From Pseudomonadota bacterium (GTDB lineage: Bacteria; Desulfobacterota; Desulfobulbia; Desulfobulbales; VMSU01): DNA of 64,000 nucleotides. The notes under the pieces were generated by a model. It was not told where the DNA came from and did no database searches. It saw nothing but the letters and a program-made list of their open reading frames with translations. A program made the translations under genes and the position numbers. The DNA lies in assembly GCA_031400755.1 (NCBI GenBank), contig JANNQL010000246.1, positions 1,008 to 65,007 on the forward strand, written 5' to 3'. Below are positions 10,350 through 18,261 of the stretch, piece by piece (position 1 is the first letter of the stretch; each line of letters starts with the position of its first letter).

Positions 10350-11282
10350 TTAAGTTTCTATCGTGTGTGGTTTACGAAAATCGGCCCAAATATCGGCCAA
10401 GCCAAGCAGGGCCAAGAGGATGAAGCCATAGGCCTGGATGACCAGGAAAAATATAATCAGTACCCGAATTGCGTTCGGGATGGCCCATCTCAGGCACAAA
10501 TGGTTAAAGACTTCAAACCCCTGCATGAAATAGAGGGTCACCATGATCATCATCAGGTTCAGCCCCAGAGTGTTCAAGGCCCCCGGAAGAAACAATAAAA
10601 TCCCGGCAACGATAAACACCCACACCAAGGGGTATGGCAAGCGCCATTGCTTTAAATCACCCCAGGCTGCCTTTCCTGTTTTCTTCAGTAACCAATTAGC
10701 CAGCATGATGTTGAGCCAAATGGTGCTGAGGGTAGTGGTGGCCAGCACCCCGGGAAATATTTTGGGTGTGACCTCCCTGATTCTGGCAAAGGCTGCTTGA
10801 AACTCGACCTGGGCCTCTAAGGGAATCTCCGGGGCCTTGCTGTAGGTCTCATAGGCGCCAACCAGTCCGGCGTCAATTTGTTTTAACACTTCCTGGTAGA
10901 TATTGACCTGATTAATCGTGCCAATCAATAATCCGGCCAATATCCAAGTCAGGCCTAAGGCAATCGAGCCCTTACTAAAGGCATCGTAAATCGGTTGCTG
11001 ACTGTTTAGGCTCCGGGCTATCATGAAACCTGCCGGCAGCAGGCTCAATGAAAATAACAGGACCGGTATGGTGCCGGTCAATAAGGCGATGCCGGTTGAG
11101 ATAAGCGTCGCATGAATAATGATTTTAAAACCTTTGTCAAAACCTTGGGCAATGGGAAAGTAGATGAGAGGCAGCGGCGACAGAAAAAAAAGCCAGGCCA
11201 TGCCCACCGATAATAAGGGCAGGGTCAGCATGGCGGTGCTCAGGGCGACACCTCTCAGATAATCACGATCATAAGGACCCAT
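10350..11282 (-). CDS. Polytopic membrane protein, DUF2232/YybS-like
   Basis: 310 aa with many hydrophobic helices. Located between rpsR and rplI, as yybS is in Firmicutes. Confidence 0.5.
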   Translation of the reverse strand: MGPYDRDYLRGVALSTAMLTLPLLSVGMAWLFFLSPLPLIYFPIAQGFDKGFKIIIHATLISTGIALLTGTIPVLLFSLSLLPAGFMIARSLNSQQPIYDAFSKGSIALGLTWILAGLLIGTINQVNIYQEVLKQIDAGLVGAYETYSKAPEIPLEAQVEFQAAFARIREVTPKIFPGVLATTTLSTIWLNIMLANWLLKKTGKAAWGDLKQWRLPYPLVWVFIVAGILLFLPGALNTLGLNLMMIMVTLYFMQGFEVFNHLCLRWAIPNAIRVLIIFFLVIQAYGFILLALLGLADIWADFRKPHTIET

Positions 11283-11296
11283 CCGGCATTGACTGA

Positions 11297-11623
11297 TTAG
11301 CGCGAATCAAAACGGGAATCAGGACGTCCCTCGTTTGAATTTGTGCGGGCGGTCGGGACGCGAGTGACGACGCCGGTATAGGGCAACATGGCGATCTGTC
11401 GGGCCCGCTTGATGGCCTCGCATAACTGCCGCTGATGCTTGGCGCAATTACCATAGATGCGCATGGGGATGATCTTGCCTCGTTCCGTCAAGAAATTGGA
11501 CAGGGTCTTGATGTCCTTGTAATCAATCTCAGTGGCCTTTTCGGCGCAGAAACGACATACGCGTTTGCGGTCAAAAGTCTTCCGTGCCGGTCTTTTTTTC
11601 TGGGTGGTCTTCGGTTTCTTCAT
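11297..11623 (-). CDS. rpsR: 30S ribosomal protein S18 (with C-terminal extension)
   Basis: [47 protein letters not shown]. Confidence 0.9.
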   Translation of the reverse strand: MKKPKTTQKKRPARKTFDRKRVCRFCAEKATEIDYKDIKTLSNFLTERGKIIPMRIYGNCAKHQRQLCEAIKRARQIAMLPYTGVVTRVPTARTNSNEGRPDSRFDSR

Positions 11624-11653
11624 AGGTATCTCCTGATCAACAAAAAAGTTGAT

Positions 11654-12025
11654 TTAGTCATCATCATTGTCATCATCACTGGCAATCGGCGTTTCAGGAT
11701 CGATTACCTTGACTGTCTTTTCGGCCTTGGGGCCATAGACTTCCTGGGTCTTGACGGTCATGTATCTCAAGATCTTGTCGTCGATCCTGAACAGACGCTC
11801 GATTTCATTGACCGCTTCAGGCATACCGGCATATTCGCTAAAAATATAATAGCCCTGGGTCTCTTTGTTGATGGTGTAGGCAAGTTTGCGGATGCCCCAT
11901 CGGTCAAGTTGATCGATCTTGCCGTTGAATTTTTCGATGACGCCATTGGTGCGATCGATAATGGCGGTTATATCATCTTCACTGGCCCCGGGCCTGATGA
12001 TATAGATGGTTTCGTACCTGCGCAT
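11654..12025 (-). CDS. rpsF: 30S ribosomal protein S6 (acidic C-terminal tail)
   Basis: MRRYETIYIIRPG... start at 12025, preceded by AAAGGAGG. The track ORF start at 12079 reads through this RBS. Confidence 0.9.
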   Translation of the reverse strand: MRRYETIYIIRPGASEDDITAIIDRTNGVIEKFNGKIDQLDRWGIRKLAYTINKETQGYYIFSEYAGMPEAVNEIERLFRIDDKILRYMTVKTQEVYGPKAEKTVKVIDPETPIASDDDNDDD

Positions 12026-12046
12026 TTGTTCCTCCTTTTGGACATT

Positions 12047-12069
12047 AGCGAACGATCCATTCGTTAGCT
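12047..12069 (-). promoter_or_regulatory. Hairpin in the rpsF 5' leader (possible S6:S18 autoregulatory structure)
   Basis: mRNA AGCUAACGA-AUGGA-UCGUUCGCU (9 positions, 1 mismatch), about 20 nt upstream of the rpsF start. Family membership not verified. Confidence 0.2.
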
Positions 12070-12149
12070 GGGCCCTCATTTGTTTCCTGCGGAGAGCAAG
12101 AAGGTTAATAAAAAATGTACCTAAAAATTAATCTGTCTAGTTACCATAC

Positions 12150-12980
12150 TCATGGATTTTCTGTCAAATCATTTTTGACCTCATCCCAGAGGGCGAGTTG
12201 CTCGGCAAAGGGCAGGTCGGCGACAGTGTGGCCTTTATCTTTAGCTTTTTGCTCAAGGAGTGAAAAACGGCGGATAAATTTATCGGTAGTGCCTTGCAGG
12301 GCGTCTTCGCTATTGGTCTTGGTAAGGCGGCCCAGGTTGACCAGCATGAACAGAGCGTCGCCCAGTTCATCGACGATCTGTTCAGGGGAGCCGTGGTCTA
12401 CGGCCTCATGTAATTCGGCAACTTCTTCATGCAGCTTGGTAAAGGCCTGCTTGATGTCCTGCCACTCAAAGCCGTTGTGGGCGGCCCGCTCCGAGACCCG
12501 TTGGGCCCGGCGTAGACCCGGCAGGCTCCTGGGTACGTTACCAAGGAGATCGGTGACCGACTTTGGTTCTGTTTTTTCCTGGGCCTTGATCTGGTTCCAG
12601 CGCCGCTTCTGTTCGGCTTCCGAGTTGACTACCTCATCGCCAAAGACATGGGGGTGACGCTCGATCATCTTGTGGGTGATGGCGCCGATGACCTCGGAGA
12701 GGGTGAAATGGCCCTGCTCTTCAAAGAGCTGGCTGATAAAAACAAGCTGGAACAGGAGGTCGCCCAGTTCCTCCTTGACCAGGGCCGGGTCGTTGCGGTC
12801 AATGGCCTCCAGCAGTTCATGGGTCTCTTCGATGAGATATGATTTGAAGCTCTCCGGGGTCTGCTTCATGTCCCAGGGGCAGCCCCCGGGCTGTCGCAGG
12901 GTGACGATGATCTGGCGTAATGCTTCGAATTTTTTTCCAGGTGAGGGCATGGGCGGTAAGGTCAAATGGTTTAGGTGCAA
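12150..12980 (-). CDS. mazG: Nucleoside triphosphate pyrophosphohydrolase MazG
   Basis: Tandem MazG domains; LRQPGGCPWDMKQT, EExxE motifs. Start uncertain (TTG at 12980 or ATG at 12950). Confidence 0.85.
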   Translation of the reverse strand: MHLNHLTLPPMPSPGKKFEALRQIIVTLRQPGGCPWDMKQTPESFKSYLIEETHELLEAIDRNDPALVKEELGDLLFQLVFISQLFEEQGHFTLSEVIGAITHKMIERHPHVFGDEVVNSEAEQKRRWNQIKAQEKTEPKSVTDLLGNVPRSLPGLRRAQRVSERAAHNGFEWQDIKQAFTKLHEEVAELHEAVDHGSPEQIVDELGDALFMLVNLGRLTKTNSEDALQGTTDKFIRRFSLLEQKAKDKGHTVADLPFAEQLALWDEVKNDLTENP

Positions 12981-12992
12981 GGTTGTTTGAAT

Positions 12993-13658
12993 TTAAATCA
13001 GTTTCAGCAGGTCGAGGGGGTGGTGAAGAATGGCCTTGGCGCCTGATTCTTCCAGTTCCGTCCTGGTGCGAAATCCCCAGAGGGCGCCGACCGGGTACAT
13101 GCCGGCCGCAGTTGCGGTTTGCATATCGGTATTGGTATCGCCCAGGTAGAGGAATTGCTGCGGGGCCAGATTGAGTTGCCCGGCAATGGCCAGTGCTCCG
13201 CTTGGGTCTGGTTTTTTTGGGGTCTGGGGCCGCGCCCCTCGCACTTGGCTCCACTGCCAGTCGGGCAGAAAATGGTTTACCATCAACTTGGTGGAATCGT
13301 CCGGTTTGTTGGACAAAATGGTCAGCCTGAGGCCACGGTCGGACAGGGAGTCCAGAAGTTCGGCAATCCCCTCGTATGGCTGTGTCTTATCTGCCCACCG
13401 TCTTTGGTATTCGGTACGCATCTCCTCGGCGCAGCGCTGGATCATGGGTTGGTGGCAATCGGCCTCCGGCAGGACCCGTTTGGCCAGGATTTCAAGACCA
13501 TCGCCCACAAAATAGCGGTAGGCATCACGGGGATGGGTGGGGTGCCCGAGGCGCGCCAACACTGCATTCATCGAGTCGGCCAGGTCAGTCAGGGTGTCCA
13601 GCAGGGTGCCATCTAAATCAAAGAGGACAGCCTTGACGTCGGTAATCGTATTGCTCAT
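12993..13658 (-). CDS. HAD-superfamily hydrolase, phosphoglycolate phosphatase-like
   Basis: 221 aa; FDLDGTLLDT motif I, ILSNK motif II, YLGDTNTD motif IV. Confidence 0.75.
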   Translation of the reverse strand: MSNTITDVKAVLFDLDGTLLDTLTDLADSMNAVLARLGHPTHPRDAYRYFVGDGLEILAKRVLPEADCHQPMIQRCAEEMRTEYQRRWADKTQPYEGIAELLDSLSDRGLRLTILSNKPDDSTKLMVNHFLPDWQWSQVRGARPQTPKKPDPSGALAIAGQLNLAPQQFLYLGDTNTDMQTATAAGMYPVGALWGFRTRTELEESGAKAILHHPLDLLKLI

Positions 13659-13899
13659 CGCAGAGAAACCAAAGGTTTGACCAGAAAGTTTTCCAGACTT
13701 TTTCTGACCGAGGGGCTTTCTTCAGTTAGCAGGATTTTTTGTCTGGTCTGGGTGATGGTCGTGTTTGACATGAGCAGGCATAAGGCTGGGGGACAAAAAA
13801 ATGTTGTAAGCTGAGTTTATGGACAATGACTTGAATTTAATACCATACAATTGTGTCGATTGACAATTAATAGAGTCCTGCTGAAAACAAAATTTGTAC

Positions 13900-13928
13900 T
13901 TGACTGGATTTTTGATTAGCACTATGTT
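13900..13928 (+). promoter_or_regulatory. Candidate sigma70-type promoter for ppaC
   Basis: TTGACT-N17-TATGTT, about 80 nt upstream of the ppaC start. Confidence 0.3.
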
Positions 13929-14010
13929 CAAACGGTTTCTGTCCGTCAGGAGGATAGAGGGGGTGTTGATCGATTCATTTTTATTCATTTAAAAGGATGG
14001 AGGAGTAAGT

Positions 14011-14925
14011 ATGTCAGTTTACGTTATTGGGCACAAGAGCCCGGATACCGATTCCGTTGCCTCAGCAATTGCCTACGCCGCCTTGAAAAAGGCGCAGGGC
14101 GTTGACGCGGTCCCGGCCATGCAGGGCGAATTGAATCCTGAGACCAAATTGGTTCTCGACAAATTTGGCTTTGCCGCCCCGGAGATTGTCACCGATGCCG
14201 CCGGCAAGCAGCTCATGCTGGTTGACTTCAGCGATATCGCTCAAGGTCCGGCGAATATGAGTGATGTAGTTGAGGTGGTTGATCATCACAAGATTGGCGA
14301 TGTTACCACCAACAATCCGATCTTCTTCTACGCCCAGCCGGTAGGTTGCACCTGCACGGTTATCCACGAGATTTTTAAGACTAACAATATTACGATTGCC
14401 AAGGGCATAGCCGGCATTATGGCTGCTGCTATCCTGAGCGATACCGTTAATTTTAAGTCACCGACCTGTACGCCTGCCGATAAAGAAGCGGTCAAGGCCC
14501 TGGCCGCGATTGCCGGTATCACCGACACCAGCGCATTGTTTATGGACATGCTGAAGGCCAAGTCCGCCATTGATGGCTTGCCGATCAAGGAACTGCTCAA
14601 TCGGGACTACAAGGATTTCGATATGAATGGTAAAAAGGTTGGTATCGGTCAGCTCGAACTTGCCACCCTTGACCAGGCAGCCGGTTGCCGTGCCGGCCTC
14701 GTCAAGGCCATCGACGACTTGCGTAAGGAAGGTCGTCACTCCGTACTCTTCATGCTCACCGATGTCGTTAAGGAAGGCACCGAACTGCTGGTGGCCTCTG
14801 AGGACAATGCCTTGATCGAAAAGGCCTTCAACGCCAAGTTGACCAATGGCGCCATGTATGTCCCCGGTATGATGAGCCGTAAGAAGCAGACTGTACCGCC
14901 CCTGCAGAAGGCCTTTGGCTGTTAA
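14011..14925 (+). CDS. ppaC: Family II (Mn-dependent) inorganic pyrophosphatase, DHH/DHHA2
   Basis: 304 aa; GHKSPDTDSVASAIAYA, VVDHHKIG, good GGAGG RBS. Confidence 0.9.
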   Translation: MSVYVIGHKSPDTDSVASAIAYAALKKAQGVDAVPAMQGELNPETKLVLDKFGFAAPEIVTDAAGKQLMLVDFSDIAQGPANMSDVVEVVDHHKIGDVTTNNPIFFYAQPVGCTCTVIHEIFKTNNITIAKGIAGIMAAAILSDTVNFKSPTCTPADKEAVKALAAIAGITDTSALFMDMLKAKSAIDGLPIKELLNRDYKDFDMNGKKVGIGQLELATLDQAAGCRAGLVKAIDDLRKEGRHSVLFMLTDVVKEGTELLVASEDNALIEKAFNAKLTNGAMYVPGMMSRKKQTVPPLQKAFGC

Positions 14926-15013
14926 TAACAGGCGAAGAGATTGAAGGCGGAAGGCGGTTAAACAAATTTTAGGTAGTGCCGTTAGCCTTCAGTCTGAAAC
15001 ATCTGCGTATTTA

Positions 15014-15064
15014 CAAAAAAAAAGGTCATGCCGCCCACGATAGGGCGCATGACCTTTTTTTTAT
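15014..15064. terminator. Bidirectional rho-independent terminator after ppaC
   Basis: A-tract, then GGTCATGCCGCCC / GGGCGCATGACC stem, then T-tract. Confidence 0.7.
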
Positions 15065-15108
15065 CTCTATCGTTGATGAACTCGCAATAAGTCGAGAGAT
15101 GGCTAGGT

Positions 15109-15237
15109 AAAAGGGCCGACATACAAGGCGCGCGGTGCTTTCGGAGTCTCGCAAGCTCGCTTACCTGTGAGTGAGGACATACATAGGGTATGCCGAACGA
15201 ACAAAAATGCCACGCAACGCAGTAGATCGGCCTTTTT
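15109..15237. repeat. 129-nt imperfect-palindrome intergenic element (copy R1)
   Basis: Termini AAAAGGGCCGA / TCGGCCTTTTT. Internal segments match R3 (AGTCTC..GCTCGCTTA.CTGT) and R2 (CAACGCAG). Confidence 0.35.
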
Positions 15238-15278
15238 GCGACACCATCATCGTTTGACCTGCCGCGAATTATTCTTCT

Positions 15279-15322
15279 AGGGCTGAAGTTGAGCCCTCCC
15301 TGACCTTTCCCGCCTTCAGGCC
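15279..15322. repeat. GGCTGAAG / CTTCAGGCC inverted repeat next to the cytochrome gene 3' end
   Basis: AGGGCTGAAG (15279..15288) and GCCTTCAGGCC (15312..15322). Confidence 0.4.
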
Positions 15323-15333
15323 CCCTATCTTTT

Positions 15334-16887
15334 TTAGTGGTGGTCTACCATCTTGATCCGTTCATCATAATTAAAGTTATCGTCGTGTGACCCGCTGTGG
15401 CAGGTCTGGCAGACGCCAGGGCCTGGTTTCAGGGCCATCGGGTTGGCCTTGGGGTTGCCGATGTGGAGGCGACCGGGGCCATGGCAGGTCTCGCAGCCGA
15501 CCTCGCGCCTGGCTTCGGTAATAGAGAGGGACTCGGACGCTTGGTCCATGCTTACGCCGGTAACATGGCAGGGCAGGCAGCTCAGGTTGTATTGCTGTTT
15601 GTCCTTCGCCAAGGTCGCGTAGGCGGCGGCGTGTCTGGTCTTTTGCCATGAAGCCAGCTGGGCGGCATGGCATGAGCCGCAGCTGCGAGAACCAAGATAG
15701 GGCGAATCGGTCTTGGTGGCGGTCTCGGCCTGGCGTTGGCCAAGTTTATTGACCGCTGAGTTAAGCGCGTCGACCAGACGGACTATCTCTGGTTGGTCAG
15801 GGAGCGCGGTTTCCATGGCCATGAAGCGGTTTGTGTAGGCAGACGGTTCGCCGGTGCTTGGCCCCTGTTGGTCGAGGGTTTTGCTCAGTTGGTCGATTTC
15901 GCCCCGCAGTTCTTGCTCTTGCGCTTGGAGGGCATGATAGATATTGAGTTGGTCCGGTTGATTGCGGAGGGCGGTTTCCGGGTCTTTGTCTTGCTGGTAC
16001 TTGCTGAGTTGCCAGAGCAGGCGGTCGAGGGCGCCTTTCTTTTTGGCGAGGACTTCGGTCTTCTGGTCTCCCCAACGCTTGCTGGGTTGCCAGTTTATTT
16101 CCATGATACCGATCTGTTTGCCTTGGGGGCCAGTGCTGACCAGGACCGTGTTGTTGATCGGTTCAGGCGAGATGGCATTGGTATTTGCCCCGGACTGGAT
16201 GATCAGGTGGATGCTTGGATAGCTTAGAGCGATCCGTTGGCTGTCGGCGGCAGGTAGGTTGGAGAGGAGGACGACCAGATCATGGGTCTTGTCCACCTTG
16301 GCCAGCAGATCGGGCAACACTTGGTCCCAGGGAAGAATCGTAGCCTCATCGGCTGGGGGTAAAGCGGCAGGTCCGGTCAGGCCGATCACCCCGACCTTGA
16401 CGCCCTCGACATTTACGGTTGTACTGGCCTTAAAGAATGTTTTTTTCGTGGATTTATTAACCAGATTGGCGCTTAACCAGGTGAACTTGGCGTCCTTACT
16501 CAGCATTTGTAAAAAAGCTGAACCTGCGATCAGATCTTGACTGCCAACGCAGACCGCGTTGTAGCCGATCAGGCTGTAGGCCTCAACAATGGCGGCTGCG
16601 GCCATCTTTTCTTGCTCTTCCTGGCGGGGATTGATAGCATCATGCTTAAACAGCAAGGCCCCGGCGTCCAAGGTGAGGTGGGGTCGATTTGCCTCTTTGG
16701 CGATTTTGTTGAATTGAAATGCTTTTTTGGACAGACCGCCCAATTGATGGCTGTGTCAGCCGCAGGGTGCGGTCTCGCCATGTACGTCATTGGAATAGAA
16801 GAGCAGGAGATTTTGGCCTGATTCAGCGGCAAAAATTGGTTGGGCCAAGGAAAACATGGCAACAATAATGAGGGTGGATAATTTCAT
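15334..16887 (-). CDS. Periplasmic degenerate 5'-nucleotidase/metallophosphoesterase-like domain fused to tetrahaem cytochrome c. Contains one in-frame TGA (16756..16758), proposed as selenocysteine at codon 44.
   Basis: Track ORFs 16756..17031 and 15334..16743 share one frame and are separated only by the TGA. ATG at 16887 has a GGAG RBS and a signal peptide MKLSTLIIVAMFSLAQPIFA. NDVHG motif present. C-terminus has CGSCH, CLPCH, CETCH, CQTCH. Confidence 0.7.
16727..16743 (-). promoter_or_regulatory. Candidate bacterial SECIS apical hairpin
   Basis: mRNA UUGGGC-GGUCU-GUCCAA (6 bp including one G.U) starts 12 nt after the UGA. The loop begins GGUC as in the E. coli fdhF SECIS. Confidence 0.5.
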
Positions 16888-17140
16888 GATGACTCCGGTT
16901 TTGTGACCAAAACGCATAAAAAAGGGGAATTGCTCAGGCGAATAGACTTTTAGCCTGTAAGGCTGAAGGCAATGACGTTTGGAATATAATGACTTATATA
17001 AAAAAAGTCCATAGCGCTGCCGGCCCTCCATACTTCCTGCTCAAATGCACCTCTCAAAGATGAGGACAATTGCCTTCGGACAATTTTTAGAACAGCAAGT
17101 CATCACTATCTTTATTTTGTAATTTAGGGAGAAACAGAAA

Positions 17141-17929
17141 TTGGACAAAAAAATCAGGATCGGCGTCAGTTCATGCCTGTTGGGCAACCCGGTCCGTTAC
17201 GATGGCGGCCACCAATATGATCCATTTATCAGCGAGACCCTCGGCCACTTCTTTGAGTTCGTTCCAGTCTGTCCGGAAGCGGAATGCGGACTCGGGGTAC
17301 CACGGGAAACAATGCGTCTGGTCGGCGATCCGCAAAAACCCCGCTTGCTGACGACTGAAACCAATCTCGACCATACCGACAGGATGCTGTCCTGGGCCCG
17401 GCAACGGCTCAAGGAACTGGAGGAAGAAAGAATATACGGGTTCATCTTCAAGAGTAAGTCGCCAAGCAGCGGCATGGAACGGGTCAAGGTCTATCCAAGG
17501 CAGGGTGGTGCGCCGAAAATGGTCGGTGTCGGCCTGTTTGCCAGGGCCTTCATGGAGGCATTCCCAATCCTGCCGGTGGAAGACGAGGGCCGCTTGCAGG
17601 ACATCGGTCTGCGCGAGAATTTTATCGAGCGGCTATTTGTCTGTTGGCGCTGGAGCATCGTCAAAAATGATGCGATGACCGCAAATGCCCTGATTACTTT
17701 TCATAGCAAGCACAAATTGCAAATCATGGCGCGCAGCCAAAGACATTATCAAGTTATGGGCAGTCTGGTGGCCCAGGCTAAAATGAGGTCCCTCAACAGC
17801 CTCTTTGATGAATATCAAACCTTGCTGCTGGATGCCTTGCGTATACTACTGCCAACTGTCAAAAAACAGGAGAACGTCCTGCTGCACACCCAGGGACACT
17901 TCAAAAAACAGCTTCTCCCCCGGACATAA
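17141..17929 (+). CDS. DUF523 + DUF1722 (YbbK/YbgA-like) protein
   Basis: 262 aa, TTG start; IGVSSCLLGNPVRYDGGH and PVCPE motifs of DUF523, helical C-terminal half. Confidence 0.65.
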   Translation: MDKKIRIGVSSCLLGNPVRYDGGHQYDPFISETLGHFFEFVPVCPEAECGLGVPRETMRLVGDPQKPRLLTTETNLDHTDRMLSWARQRLKELEEERIYGFIFKSKSPSSGMERVKVYPRQGGAPKMVGVGLFARAFMEAFPILPVEDEGRLQDIGLRENFIERLFVCWRWSIVKNDAMTANALITFHSKHKLQIMARSQRHYQVMGSLVAQAKMRSLNSLFDEYQTLLLDALRILLPTVKKQENVLLHTQGHFKKQLLPRT

Positions 17930-18002
17930 AAAACGTACCTGTTTTTTTTTGTGCTTGCCATGGTACGAATTTGCTGCGTAAAATAAATTCAATATTACTG
18001 CT

Positions 18003-18161
18003 GAGCCTCTTGCAAAATTCCCTGCCACCAACCTTTTTGTCATTCCCGCGCAGGTGGGAATCCAGTCATTTTGGGAGCTACCGACAAACATGGATCCCCG
18101 TTTTCACGGGGACTCAGTTCAGTCCCCCCTTGAGGGGGATGACTAATTTTGCAAGAGCCTC
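18003..18161. repeat. MITE-like composite element: 17-bp terminal inverted repeats enclosing three GC hairpins
   Basis: GAGCCTCTTGCAAAATT (18003..18019) versus AATTTTGCAAGAGCCTC (18145..18161), 16/17 complementary. Hairpins at 18039..18065, 18091..18115 and 18121..18144. Confidence 0.55.
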
Positions 18162-18261
18162 TGCTGATGGGAGAATGCTTACACCTCAAGTTGTCCCAGG
18201 CACCATTATTTCTGGTGGCGTTAACGATTTTAAGGACACATAAAAACGGACTCTATAACTT

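Noticed and set aside
13722-13988. 88-aa ORF in the HAD/ppaC divergent spacer
   Set aside because: AT-rich promoter DNA with no RBS and an Asn/Ile/Lys-rich composition unlike neighbouring genes. It overlaps the candidate ppaC promoter.
16756-17031. Treating 16756..17031 as an independent small gene and 15334..16743 as a separate gene
   Set aside because: The upstream piece would be a signal peptide plus 20 residues, ending inside a conserved domain. The downstream piece would lack an RBS, an ATG and an export signal despite carrying c-type haem sites that require periplasmic export. Same-frame readthrough (Sec) fits better. A pseudogene or sequencing error remains the alternative and is stated in the finding.
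17846-18243. ORFs encoding ...IPTCAGMTK... / ...WIPVFTGTQFSPPLRGMT..., and likewise 24767..24958 (...WIPAFAGMT...)
   Set aside because: They are translations of GC-hairpin repeats on either strand and have no RBS. The peptide similarity reflects the nucleotide repeat, not a protein family.
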